NCBI GenBank assembly: GCA_963693365.1
Contig: CAVNZM010000014.1
Location: 5,332,001 to 5,396,000, forward strand
Reading direction: 5' to 3'
Origin: Amoebidium appalachense
Lineage: Eukaryota; Protista; Ichthyosporea
Length of the DNA: 64,000 nucleotides
Shown here: piece after piece, positions 1-22,800 of the stretch
Layout of the letters: the number at the start of each line of letters is the position of its first letter
How positions within the stretch are numbered: the stretch's first letter is position 1
Notes under the pieces: generated by a model
The model's database searches: none
What the model was told of the DNA's origin: nothing
Seen by the model: the letters and a program-made list of their open reading frames with translations, nothing else
Program-made: the position numbers and the translations under genes

Positions 1-207
1 ATGGAGGACGCAACCCCGTGTGTGGGTGTGTGGGTGATGGGGGGAGGGGGGGAGGGGGGGGGGGGAGAGGGGGGGGGGGGGGGGGGGGGGGATTGTGCAG
101 TATTGATTGCTGGAGCGCTGTTGCAATCCCCTACACAACTGGAGAACAATAATTGGCGCTCACTGCAAATACCCCGGGAAAAGGGGGCAGGGGAGAAAGG
201 TACACAC

Positions 208-713
208 CATGGACAAACTGGGTGATGCAGTGTCATAGGGAGGCACCAGAAGCTGTGCAGCAAACCACCAAGAACGCAAAATCGCGCCTGGAAGCGCAAA
301 ACCAAAAAACGCACGGTCACCCAAAACAGCACCACCCAGTGTTGGCGAGGGCTGCAATACACACACCTTCACCAAGCGCATGACGTAGTCCGGGTGATAG
401 TTGAAGAAAAACATTGCACAAGCGACGAGCTTTGACAGGTGCTCCACAACCGCAGCGCAGGTATCAGCCAAGTCCGGGTCTCCACATACGTCTGGGTGCC
501 ACGCCAGGGACAAAACATGGTTAATGGCCGAGGCAGTGAGTGTGGATGTTCATGACGTAGATAGGCGGAAGCACCAGCTTGCCCGGGTTGTTGCCGAGAG
601 GCTTATCTTCCCACTCTAACCGGAATGCCAACCCTGATGACCTGGGAGGGGGGAGGGGGGCCCAGGGAGGGGGGGGGGGGGGAGGGAGGGAGGGACTGGC
701 AGTGGGGAGGGAA

Positions 714-763
<50 letters not shown>

Positions 764-1482
764 GTAAGGTATTGCATGCACTCATAAAATGCGAAACACA
801 CTTCAAAAAAATGAACATGTAGATTGAGCTCTATCCGCTTTAACAATTAAAAAAGAAAAGAAAAAAAATCATGAGTGATTTAAGTTTCAGAACCTCTCAC
901 GGTATTTGCGTTGGCTAGTATCCCATCTCAAATTGATGTTTTAGTCAACATCGTAACAGTCCATATCCCATTTATCGCAGAACACAAGCTCAGCGCCAAT
1001 TGGCTCAACTTAAACAGATGTTTGAGGTTGACAGTAGCGACACACGGAGGAGGGATTAGAGGAATATCGAGAATGAGGCATCGAAAAACACCAGTTTCCG
1101 TCTATCTAATTGATTGGTATCAAACCCTGCAGCTGGTGTCGATCAATAACATCGCTACATTCCGGTGCGTCTTTGGTTTCTGTTTGAATGAAGCGTCTCT
1201 TTCCACCTTATAATGTACAGCACACCCATATATGTCACTCAAACACAACTCCAGGCCTGCAGGAGCACAATTACCCGACTGCCATTGCATGTGTGTTTCA
1301 AATCATGCCATGCCAGCAGGAGTACTCCAAATCCTAGCCATGTAAGAGCCTCAAGACTGGCAGGGTGCAAATTTGAGGACACATATTCCAGCACAGGGCT
1401 GTTGGCATTTAGATGTCTTTAAAAGAGAGATGGAAAATGAGGCGACGGGGGAGGGGGGCAGGTGAGGGGAGGGGGGGGGGGA

Positions 1483-1516
<34 letters not shown>

Positions 1517-2772
1517 GGATGATGGCATGATGATAGTGCTCACCCTCAAATGGAGTTCATGAAGCCAATGTCCTTGTGGTGAGCGATTGGCCAGTCAGCC
1601 AGCATGCGTGAAACAAAATACAACCCCCTGCTGTTGTAAAGACGGGCTGCGAAGTCTGAATGTGACGTGACGCAGAAAAACGCAGCGACCGAAACGAACC
1701 CGGACATGTTTTTGGATGCTCTCGTGTGTCGTCAGTGTTGGTGGTGCGGCGTCTCGCTGTTAACTCACCCTCGGCAGACTTCAACATGTAGCCAAAAAAA
1801 TCGTCCGACACAGTGTCAAACATGCGATGCGGGTGGTCTCTGTACAGATATCCCATGGTTGTAGCGATTATTCTGGCACCCAAAAGCTGGCTCGCGTGTG
1901 CTGAGGACCTGTACATGTCAAACAACTTGGTGCCACCCATGGAGTGAAACAAGTCGATCAATGCGCCATCATCATCTTTTGTATGGCAAGACATCGTGAA
2001 GAGGAGGTGGGCTCCGGCAGCGTGTGGGCAGCCCGACGGGCATGTGCCTAGGCCTGTAACGGAGAACCGTTCGTCGCCACAATTGCACTGGCACGTTCCG
2101 GCCAAGCGGTCCGAAGTGAGTGCTGCGGCGGCCAAATGCATCATCAATGCCCTGTTGGTGACCAGGGGCTGCCCAAGCGTGTTTGTGAAGAATGCCACGC
2201 AATCCCATGCTCGAACTAGCATGCACAATCCTACGTCCGCATCCAGAGTTTCCGCCTCATTTCCGTTGACAATTTGCTGAGACCGCCGCCATGAGAGAAA
2301 ACCATCTGTTCGCTCCTCCGCCTCCTTCCGAATGACGGGGAAAATCGCCTGCATGCGCGTGCCATCGCAGGCCTCAATGTGAAGCCTATCGCTCCCAATT
2401 GTAACCGAAAGAACGTTGACGACTATCCCGAATATGTATGGGAAAAACTCAGGTGGGTATGTAGCTGTAGTCTTACCTCGGATTGTACTGATAAGCATTT
2501 CAACCAATCCACCCTGCAAACACGGATGCATGCTTATTAGGTCGGCAAAATACCTAAAATCTGCACACGCACACTGAAAAGAAACGAGAAGGTGTTATGA
2601 AGGGCGGATATAGTGTTTGCGAAATCTCTTGAGTGGTATCTATTGTAGAAATGCTGGCTGGAGTTCATAGCTGTTTCTGGTAGTAAAAGTACTATTTGTT
2701 GAAGGTGTGGGAGGAGATAAGGTGAGGGCAGTGAATCTACATACCCACTTGAGTTTTGGTGGTGGTGGTGGT

Positions 2773-2806
<34 letters not shown>

Positions 2807-2898
2807 TGGGGGGTGTGTATGCATGTGCGTCTGTATGTGTGTTTGTGTGTGTGTTTGTATGTGTGTGTGCGCGCGCGCGAGTGTGTGTACGCCACGGT

Positions 2899-2993
<95 letters not shown>

Positions 2994-4363
2994 CGTGTGG
3001 GTGCGAACACACAGTTGTCCTGGCCTGTTCGCGTGCATATTTCGGATATGTGTGTTCGTGTGTGTGCATGTGTGGTGTGAGCCCGTGAGTCTCTCTTTCT
3101 CTCCCTCCCTCCCTCCCTCCCTCCCTCCCTCCCTCTCTCTCTCCACCCCCCTCTCTCTCTCACTCTCTCTCTCTCTCTCTCTCCCTGTGTGTGTGTGTGT
3201 GTGTGTGGGTGTGTGTGTGCAAACTCTTATGTACGTCCTTATTATGTATGCATGCGCCACACAAGCCTATTCCTATGCATGTGCGTCTGTGTGTGTGTGT
3301 ACACGTGTGTGTGTGTGTGTGTGTGTGTGTGGTGCACATGTGTAATTGCGCGTGTGTGCACGTGTGTGCGTGTGTGTGCGTGTGTATGAGCATGCACGGG
3401 TATTTCTGTGTTGTGTGCCACTGGGTAGCTGGGTGGTAAGCGGATGTGTTTGTGTGTGTGTGGGCATCGAGCTAGACTTGACAACGGGTGAGAGAAAATG
3501 GGTTTGGGGAGTAAGAGGTAAAAGAACACTTAGGAGCGGGACGTGTGCGGGGAGGGAGGGAGGGGGGGGGGGGGGGGGGGGGGAGGGTAAAAATCAGTAT
3601 GAACCTGCTTCAAGTGGCCTCGTCTCTCATGTCCCGAAACAGAATACAGTTCCTGCAACACGACCATGGTCTGATCCAGGTCCGGTGTCTGCTGGTTGGA
3701 TGCGGAAACAGCATGTGCAACCAGCGCTTTGCATGCCTGAGGGTAAGTAGGGTGTAAGTGCTTGCAGAATGCAAAGTTTAGAGGATAAATTTATTACGTG
3801 ACTATAGAACATTTTGAATCTGTACGATGAACAATCTTGCCTTGAAAGGAAAGTTCGACGTTCCATTATGGCAGTGCGACTATTTAACTCTGCAGTTGAT
3901 GTGATGTGTTACCGAATTCTTGAATCAATTTAAAGCGGGCTATGAGGCTAACGTAAACAGAAGAAATGACTGTTGATAAATGTGATTTCAATAAAGACCC
4001 TGTGAAAAGTCCACAGACTGAGAAGCCAGAAAGTCAATATCATATTTGCCACTGAAGGCACCGTGACATTTTGATAGTAACATACAACTTGAACGATATG
4101 CATGGAGTATCAATTGCTTGTAGTTGACTTCAGAGCGTTTCAACACATTCTGAATCATGTCCTGTTGTTTTGAGAAAAACGTGTACTGTATGCAAATGCC
4201 CAAACACGGATCCTCGTTTCCATGTATGCATATGCGTGCACGACTTTGCGAGGGGAGGGGCATGGGTAAGCGGGAGGGACAGAGTGAAGAAGGCAAGGGG
4301 AGGGGGCGTATACAAAGGTGTGTATAGTTCCGTCCCCCCCTTCACCCTCTATATATCATGATA

Positions 4364-4402
<39 letters not shown>

Positions 4403-5242
4403 TATGTGATATATATCATGATGTATATATATATGATATCATATGATATATATATTTAAGTATATGATATATATATATCAGTATATATATATATATGTCT
4501 TTCAGATTGTTTTTCGTGAGCGGCTGCTGGTGGGTGTTTCTAGAGAGAGGGAGGGGAGGGGGGGGGGGGGGGGGAGGGGGGGGGGGGAAGGGGGGTCAGC
4601 AAAAAGGAAAGGGAAGTAAAAACGAAAGAAAAAAGAGAAGAGAGACAACCTGAGCGGGGCGCGACTGTTGGCCACCACATTCTACAAATCCTTTAGCAAC
4701 AATTATTTTTTTTAACGAGAGAAACGTGACACCTGGCACACTAGGGGTATAATGAAAGCGAACAGAAGAAAATAAGATGGTGGTAGCTCATTTTGTGTGT
4801 GTACGGTGTGTGTGTTCAGGAGGAAAGGGGAGGAGGGGAAGGGGTGAGAAAGAGGAACATGGGGCAAAAATGGAATGGGAGAAGAGTGGAAAAGGGAAGG
4901 AAATGGGCAAAAGAGGGTGAGCGGAGTAAGGGGAAAGGGAGAAGACTACGACGGGATAGGGAGATGGGGGGGGGGGGGGGGGGGGGGAGGGGGAGGGGGG
5001 AGAATGAGGACCTCTTCATGGTGTGCGTCACACAACTCTTCGATGACCCAATCATAACGATCGTCTGGGTCTTTTCCAGGACGGACAGAACCATCGATTT
5101 TCACGCATTCCACCAAGCGACATACGGTGCAGTTGGCATGGGCGGGAGGGCGCTTAGAGGAAGGTGCTTGCGCCTCTTCTATAAGAAACGGAGCAAGTGC
5201 TGGCCCTAGATTTTGTAGGTGCCAGCACTGATGTGAAGACAT
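208..5242 (-). CDS. Multi-exon gene for an uncharacterised protein (possibly a helical-repeat protein; 3' end runs off the window; one apparent frameshift)
   Basis: Phase-consistent GT-AG exons 5242-5012 (MSSHQCWHLQ...ELCDAHHEE), 3736-3605 (ACKALVAHAV...RGHLKQ) and 2513-1700 (GGLVEMLIST...KTCP, within the 324-aa ORF). Tentative exons 1206-1126, 633-367 and ~287-208. No family motif recognised. Confidence 0.55.
4350..4496. repeat. Degenerate (AT)n microsatellite
   Basis: atatatcatgatatatatgt...atatatat run inside intron 1 of the unknown gene. Confidence 0.9.
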
Positions 5243-5647
5243 GGTTTGACAGTTAACAGAAAGTGACCGTTGAAGTGTTACTGTTCTCGAAGTGAACCCG
5301 TCATCGAATACACCAACAGTCGACTCGCAAACACAAATGCAACACCCGGCAGTTAGTAACGCCGTCATCATGTGGGTTTATGCACTTTGTATTGCTGCGG
5401 ACATCGTCAGGGGCCCAGCCCCACTTGACGGCCTACTGCGTTTTCCAGCGCAGCCAATCAAATACAGCTAGTGACTTGTGTACACTGTATGTATGCAATA
5501 AAACAACCCTAGTATAGATTATGGATAAGCAGATATCGCCATCATCGGTCAACCAGAATTTTGGCGGGACATTATTACCCGGCGCCCAGGTGAATGCCGT
5601 GTCTGTTTTTGTACGTGTGTGTGTAATTATTTTTTGGGGCGCGCGCC

Positions 5648-5737
<90 letters not shown>

Positions 5738-6179
5738 TGGTGTGTCACGGTGTGGCGTGCGTACATGTGCACGATGTTCGTTTCGGAGTAGTAGTGGCAT
5801 AATAATCCGAGTTGTACGAGATGAAAACGGTGTGGTATCGCGTTGGAGCTTTTGAAAGAAGAGAGCTGGATGCTACTAGATCTAGATTTTTTTTTACTGA
5901 GAGTATAATCATGATCATGGCATCGGACTGCCCAAGTGGGAGGAGTATTGGTGAAGGGGGGGGGGGGGGGGGGGGGGGGACACGGGCACAGCCCGTCGTC
6001 GAGAAGAAGCCAAACTCCTCACGGTGTGTGTGTGTGTGTGTGTACGTGGGTGTGTGTGCATGTGTGTGTGTGTGTTTACATGTGTACGTGAGTGTAAGTC
6101 ACTGTGCGTGTGTGTGTGATGTGCGCGTGTGTGTACGTGTGTACACGTGTCTGTGTGTACGTGTACGTGTGTGCGTGTG

Positions 6180-6219
<40 letters not shown>

Positions 6220-6285
6220 GGTGTCACGGTGTGTGTGTGTGTGCACGTGTGTATTTGTGTGTATGTGTGTCTATATTACGGTGTG

Positions 6286-6346
<61 letters not shown>

Positions 6347-7012
6347 ACAGTGTGCACAGTGTGTGCAGTGTGTGTACATGTGTTTGTATGTGATTTAAAC
6401 ACGTGCACTGCATGACGTGCCCCCTAATCAGTGAAATCTGTCACTACGAGGATCTATTACAGCATATTGGCTTTAATTCAACTTGAATAATCGTGACACT
6501 CCATTATGTACCACGATTTCTTTAACATCAGTAATCAGATCTAGAAAAGGCAAGTTCAAGTATTAACAGGATGAATTTACATGCGTAATTATAATTATAA
6601 GCCTTTAACCTCACTCACCAAAGACGAAATTACATGCGCCGGTTCATGAATTCCTGGGGTACAGTTATGTATACATACCGTCTGAGAGATAATGTGAACG
6701 AACAAAATAAACAACCACCTGACATGCAGTTGTTTACTGCCTCAGATAACTTATCTATATTTTATCCATATATGACATACTATCGATACTATCATGTATA
6801 CTTTTATATACAAATACATATTATATCCACCTAAACTAACCTAAAAATTGCGATAAGTGTTGCGCAATAACAGAGAGCCACCTGGTTCACGTATCAAAAG
6901 TCGAACACTATGCCCCAAGCATTTCATGTAAACACCAATAATCAGCCAGTCAACCATTTTGAACTACTCTTTTCCATGATTGCTACAACAACCTTGAACC
7001 ATCCACCGGTTT

Positions 7013-7144
7013 CTGCATGGGACGTGCAAGGTGTCAGGAAAATTGTGTGAGAAAACGAAACGAAGACGAAAAACGTAACTGCATGGGACGTGCAAGGTGT
7101 CAGGAAAATTGTGTGAGAAAACGAAACGAAGACGAAAAACGTAA
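7013..7144. repeat. Perfect 66-bp tandem duplication
   Basis: ctgcatgggacgtgcaagg...gaaaaacgtaa occurs at 7013-7078 and 7079-7144. Confidence 0.95.
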
Positions 7145-7635
7145 TCATATTACCAATACTACTAGTAACAAATAAAACAATTGACATACTTAACAGCAGC
7201 AACAACTACCAGAACAACAACAACAAACTGGAATGAAAATAATCCAGTGAATCTGTGTGCGCGGGCACATACATACACCCTGCTCGCAAACATACACACA
7301 TCCACACATATAGACGTGTATGCACACTCGAAACGTATGTGAGCATGACCCCCCCCCCCCCCCCCCCCCCCCCCCTCCCCCCCTCCCCCCCCCCCCCCCC
7401 CTCCCCCCCGCTCTCCCCCTCCCCCCTCCCACGGCACACACAGCCCAATTCCTGCATGTTCATCCACCCACGCACCCACCTGCCGGTCGGAACACCCAGA
7501 CACCGTGAAACACGCGCGCACACGTGCAAAACACACACACACACACCTGCGGGCGCGCGGCGCGCGCACACACGCACACACACCCACACGCACACGCACA
7601 CGCACACGCACACGCACACCCACCCACACCCACAC

Positions 7636-7674
<39 letters not shown>

Positions 7675-8110
7675 ACACATTGTGCATACATACACACCTG
7701 AAGGGGAGAATGGCATGCTCATGGCGTTCGCATATACCCCCTCCCTCCCCCCCCCCCCCACACACACACACACCACCACCACCATCCCCCTCCCCCCTCC
7801 CCCTCTCTCCGCACCTGGTCCCTTGTCAGTTACTCTATCTCTACTTTATCTATTTCTTGATTTCCTAAACCAACAACGAAAAATGCATGTGTCTATGTTT
7901 ATGAAACTATCCATTTGTTTGTGTAGATGGTGTTCTTGGTGGAAGTAGGGCGGAGGGAGAAGGGGAGGGGGGAGGGGGAATGGTGGTGGTGGTGGTTGGG
8001 GGGGGGGGGTGAATGCGGGACACAGCAAAATGCATCCACTCATCATGGACAGCATCATGCAGATTTTGCAAAAAAGCACAAACCAAGAGTATGCATAACA
8101 AGGGGAGGCA

Positions 8111-8144
<34 letters not shown>

Positions 8145-8148
8145 TTAC

Positions 8149-16943
<8,795 letters not shown>

Positions 16944-17077
16944 TTTCAAAAATGCTTGACTGATAAAACATCCAACAATTGATTGACATAGCCTCCGGCG
17001 CTGTCTAACCTCAAGATCGTGATCGGGAAACCAATATATGCTGAGGACAAGTAAAAGTCCTACATACTTGTTCTGCA

Positions 17078-18175
17078 CAGTGTAGGAGTTCAACGCACTC
17101 GGCGACTTCTCCGTTTTGTGCAGCCGAGATCTATTCAGATCTACAATGGATCGAGATCTAACATTCGGAGCCTCCAAAGCGTGATCCGAAGCCACTAAAA
17201 CGATCCCGAAAAACACACAGCACAGAGCATTCCCCCCAAGGCCTCCTACTATCAGTACAGATTCTAGAGAGAGCATACGCCAAGCAGCGGCACCAGTCAG
17301 ATCCTGAGCAGCACGTGGGAAACCTCCGAAACTCTCACAATAATTTCAAGGCATGTCTATCGTTTCTGTATCCCAAAGCCTTTTCAGGTTCCGAATCGTG
17401 TAAAACGGAACACAAGGCTCCCCTATTTTCTGGAATATCACTGTCAGGTTCGAATTCACGTAAGACCTAACGAACGTGAGGCTTTTTTCATGAGTGTTCA
17501 AGAGACGAGCTCCACAGCCTCTTGAATGAGAAAATGGGCCAGTTTCACGTACATATTCACGTACATAATGGGCACCGGTACTTACGCGCGTGGGCACAAC
17601 ATGTATGTGTATATATGTCATAAGTACACGGGACATGATCATCGATCATGACTTCCACGGCCCACATGATGTGCGTGCCCCTATTCCGCACGGCGCACAT
17701 GATGTGCGTAGAGTCTATTCGATCATGGGCACATGCATGATCAGTCAGGCATGCACATGATGCACATGTGTACTGTTCATGTACACATGCATACTTTCTA
17801 TTTTGTGATTTCATCTTTGTGTTAATATGAATATCAGGTAAGCAAAAACTTCTTATATGTACGGAACGGAAACATGGCATGCGCAGAGGTAAGTGCCTAT
17901 CAAAACCTTTAAGTCACACACTTCTTCGAGACTGTGCGTGTTGCGCGCGCTGCACGCGCTGCGCCCGCGTCAGCGGTCAGTGTGCGGCTGTATACAGGAT
18001 CTACAAGATCAAAGTTTTGAAGATTCTCTGGCAAATCTCTCAATGATTGGCCCAGGAGATCTAGATCTAGATCCTCTGATGCTGGCGTCAGACTCATGAT
18101 CAGCGCCTGCCTGTCCGTGGCGGAGCTCCGAGCGCGGGATCCGTGCACGTGGGACCGTCACGGAGTACTACACTG
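17078..18175. mobile_element. Possible non-autonomous DNA transposon relic (hAT-like ends)
   Basis: CAGTGTAG at 17078 and its inverse CTACACTG ending at 18175 (11/14 match when extended), with clusters of AGATCTA-like motifs near both ends. No TSD found. Confidence 0.3.
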
Positions 18176-18515
18176 AGTAGCCTACGCGCTTGCGTGCGCC
18201 GGGTGCGCGTGTGGATGTATACATGTACGTGGCGACTCAGGCTGACTCAGGCCTAGGCCTATTTGTAAAATTTTAGGCCTGTGCCGTTTGGGGGGTATGC
18301 ATGCATGGGTGACTGCTTGGGCACAATCAACTGCAACGTCACTGAGTTGCATGAAGACTAACCTGTTTGTGTGTGTGTTTGTGCACATGTATGCATGGTG
18401 CGTGCAAGTGTACATGACGTGCGCGTGCTTGTGATGTGTATGTGAACGTTCATGCGTTATGCCACTGTCACTGTGTGACTGTTTACAGGTGTTTGTGCGT
18501 GTGTGTGTGCGTGCC

Positions 18516-18659
18516 AAAGGCTTCAGACCCGTAAGGCGTGCCCCCGCCAGGGGGCACGCAGAACCAAGAATTGGCTAGTATATACATAAAGGCTTCAGAC
18601 CCGTAAGGCGTGCCCCCGCCAGGGGGCACGCAGAACCAAGAATTGGCTAGTATATACAT
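18516..18659 (+). mobile_element. Two tandem 72-bp units with Helitron-like 3' termini
   Basis: Identical units 18516-18587 and 18588-18659, each with hairpin GCGTGCCCCC-GCCA-GGGGGCACGC followed 15 nt later by CTAG|T. Confidence 0.6.
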
Positions 18660-18774
18660 AGGAGGCCTTGATTCCCCCACCGGCCCACCGTATTCCCTCC
18701 TCCCACCACCACCCAAAGTAAGTACAATAGCAGGCAAACCTGCACGCCCTCCCCAACTGTTCTCATGCTCCCCC

Positions 18775-18808
<34 letters not shown>

Positions 18809-19011
18809 CCCACAACACACATTTATCTCTCCCTCCCTCTGTCGAGCTCCCAGTGCATGCCTACGTCAAACCCACAAAAAGTTCGGGCCATGGACGGAAT
18901 CCAACAACAGCGCACAGCGCTTTATTCAGCAACGGTCCAAAAACACCGCCACACGTTCACCACACAAACTCTTCACGGTTTTTTTTTTACGGAACAGCGA
19001 GCACAATTGCT

Positions 19012-19812
19012 TTATTTTGCAGCAGGGGTGGCGTCGCTGTGGCTGGCCGACAGGCGGCGCTTCTTCTTTGCCAGTGCGTCCTTGCGGCTCAGCTGGGCCT
19101 CGTGGTGGCGCTGGGCAAGCAGCTTGGCATACTCGGCCTTGTCCACAACGGCCTGCTTTGCGGCGTTCTTCTTCAGTGCAAGGCGGTGGCGCTTGCGCTG
19201 GAGGGTCACGGGGGTGACCAGGCGCTGGATCTTGGGGGCCTTGGAGCCGCGCTTCTTGCCGTTCTCCCTGTCCGGCAGCTGGCGGCGGATGACGTACTTG
19301 CGCACATCGTCCTCCTTGGTCAGGTTGAACAGCTTGCGGATCTTGCTGGCACGCTTGGGGCCAAGGCTGTGTGGTGATTTTTATGGGTTAGGAACTTGAA
19401 CACGTGTCTTGGGTGTTGTGTTTAGAAAGGGCGTCGTAGAATTTGAAGACTGTGCGAGTTGGTCAGGAGATAGCACTCATGTGAAAAGGGAAACACGAAA
19501 ATAAAAATAAATCGCGTGTGCATGTATGTCAGCAGATCGCAAGCACAAACAGTTGGAGATCAGAACTGCCATAATGCAGAACGTGTAGCAGAGGTGGCAG
19601 AGAGAGGAAAGATAATGCAGTCATGGAGAAAATTTGTAAAAACAGGTGTGCTGCCACAGGTGGTGGAGCTAAACAGTGTGGTGGCCTACAAACGAAGCAC
19701 TTGGGGAGAAGAGTATGCATTAGACCACTGTTCACGAAGGGCTCAAGCATGCTCACAACAAACACTGGCCGTACTTTCCACTCCCCCCCAAACACACACA
19801 CACACACAAAAG

Positions 19813-19847
<35 letters not shown>

Positions 19848-22800
19848 ACAAAAATAAATAAATAAACAAACAGCAAGAGAAACAGCTCCAGATATCCCTG
19901 CACGCATGTGCCCAAGGCTGTTATTGACTCCCCCCCCCCCCCCCCGCCCCGCCAAAGCATCAACAAAACGAGCGCCTTGCCCCGCCCCAAAAAAACTAAG
20001 ACAATGTATACCAGACTGTACGGGCAAGGGGTGCCTACGGAGAAGACACGTGGTGATTCAATGCCACAAAACGTCTATAATGCCATTGTACATCCAAGTC
20101 CTAACAAGGTCCCCTCCCTCCATACCAATCACAGCAACCGACATGTCACGACTCTGCCCTCGAGAAAGCACAAACACATGCAAATACCACCCCACCTACA
20201 CCCGCGATCTTTTTTTATCCGTATCAATCTTAACCTCTCATCCTCCACCCCGCCCCTCTAAACAGTTTCAATCCGGCCCAAGACGCACAGGGCAATGCAG
20301 GTGCACACAACACCCCCCACCCCTCTCCCGTCTCAGCTAATTCCACCAGCGCAGTCATGTGCTACAACACAATAAACAGACTACTGAGATAACATCAATC
20401 TACACAGAGGATGCGACAGAAGTGAGGTGCGGGGAACACACTACATGCGACCATGCACAATTAATGTGTAGCTATGTGCGGGCATGCAAACATTCAACCG
20501 TCATTCTGGTTCATACCCGGGTATGAAACACTACCTGCGCACGTACATTTGCTTGGGCCATTCAGAAACAGATAGCACTTACTCTAAACATTTTAAACAT
20601 GCGCAAAGGACCCTAATGCACACCACAAATGCCTTGGAAATATACATATAAAAAAGCACAAAAACCAAGTCACAGTCTGGTTGATATTTTTCATATTTGT
20701 TGGGTTGTGGCCTCCACATTTTGTGCAAAGACAGTCTCTGTCACGACAAGCTGGTTCACAAACACGACACACAGGTGCACTCCAAAGCTGCACAGAAACT
20801 CCGCAAATCACCGGACTTATGATAGTGCACGTGTGTGTATGTATAAGAGTCTGTGTGCACCAAAGCACAGCTTTCACGAATGCAACAGGCAAGGGATGTT
20901 GTGTTACAGAAAACACGACAACCTGTGATGTGCCCAACATGTGCAATGTGGTTTGTTGGTGTGTACAGGCGAGTACATCGATTCACGGCAGTGGGCACGT
21001 GCATGCATGCTAGGGTCAAACTTCCTGCATGATTATGTGCGCACCACATCTGGGTGTGTTGTGCTAACTCGAGTGCATGTGTGTGAGTGTGTGTGTGTGC
21101 ATGTGTAAACGCACTTTGCACAAGCCAGCGAGTGTGTAAAATGTGTGCTCGTCTGTGTACGATTGCATGCATGGAAAGTGCTGATAAATCGGCAGGCCAC
21201 CGTAGACTCCTCGCCACGTGTAGATGAGTGGGGTGTGTGCGTGCTTTCATATGTGTCTGAAGGTGCATGCCTGTGTGCTGTGCACGCACAAGCATTTGTC
21301 GAATGCGCGTGCTTGCATGCTGTTTGTTACAAGTTCAGTCTGCAAGCTGGTGCATGCAGTAATATACTGAGGATGATGAATTGTGTGTGTGCGTGTAAAT
21401 GTGCTGTGTATAACTCACGAACAACGCATATATCCTCCCCCCCTTCCCCACACACCTGCCTGTCCCCCCTCCCCCCCCTACACAACACAAATGCCCCACT
21501 CTCCCACACACTCAAAAACTCTCGCAAACAATAACATTATGCTAAAAATCACTCACCGGCGGGGGACGGTGACGTCAGTCAGGCCCGGCAGGTCCTGCTC
21601 ACCCTTCTTGGTGATGACCAGGTTGATGACGCTCATGTTCGAGTCCACGATGCACCCGCGCACGGACTTGCGCTTGCGCTCGCCAGTGCGGCGGGGGCGG
21701 TAGGACTTGGCGCCCTTGGCCAGAAGCAGGCGCACACGCCCGTTGGTCAGCACACCTGCACACCACACACAAACATCAGCACGGACATTCTTAAAGTGAG
21801 TTTTTAAGGGTTTCTAGGTCGGACCAAACCAGAATAAGATATATGCATTATGATGAGTCTGGTGTGCATCAAACAGCATTTGGTCCAGCCCGAGGACCAA
21901 AAGCGGTGACGATTTCGGCCTACAAGAAATTCCCTTTAACTCCCTCTTCCCCTCACCACAAGGACACCCAACACCAACAAACCACAAACTGCAGCCGTTT
22001 TTGTCGGATGATGTATCCTTCTCCCCCTGTACATCCCAATCCCCAAATCCGCACAAACCGCCCGTCGTTCTTTCCTCCACACAGATGCACCTATCCCCAC
22101 ATCATCATGTACGGGAAAACACATCAGAAACTAAAACTCGTTTGTCTGTCAACTGCGAATACAAACTATAGAAAACCATCTGTACGTTGCAAGTGTGTGT
22201 GCAGCTGTGCATTCGCATAACGAGTGTAAGAGATGTGCGCGCAATCACGTGTGCACGCTCTCTCCAATATTTGAGGCCTCTCAGACAAGAACCCGGGTCA
22301 TTTTCGCAACCATCGACCCCCTCAGTTCCAACCTGCCTGCACATCTGTTTGCATCCCTGCTTGCTCAGTCGTTGATTTGCTCACGCAGGATTGTACAATA
22401 TTTTCTTGTTTCACACGCCCGCAACTGGCGTCTGCTCCCTGCACTGGTCGCTTCCTGATGAGTCCCGATGATATTCGTTATACCGAAAAGATTTACTGCC
22501 CATGCTTTTTGCATCGACGAGTCTACTTGTCTCTAATACTGTCGTGTGCTCTTTTCCACTGTTTGTCTAATGCCCACTCGCCGTGTTCCGTCGAAGCCTT
22601 TTCTGCACTTGCATCTGCTGCACAAAACAACACTTACCCTGAACCATGGGGAAACCCTGCTTGTCATTGCCACCGGTGATACGGAACACGTAGCCCTTGT
22701 ACTCATCACCAAGAGAGTCGCCCTCGACCTCCTGGGAGATGCGCTTGTCATAGAAGATACGCCTGTAGGGGTCGGGTATCATTAGTATACCATGGAGAAT

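Noticed and set aside
22455-22490. Hammerhead-like CTGATGA...GAAA in RPS6 intron 3
   Set aside because: Stem II cannot form, no flanking stems were found, and it is antisense to the host gene.
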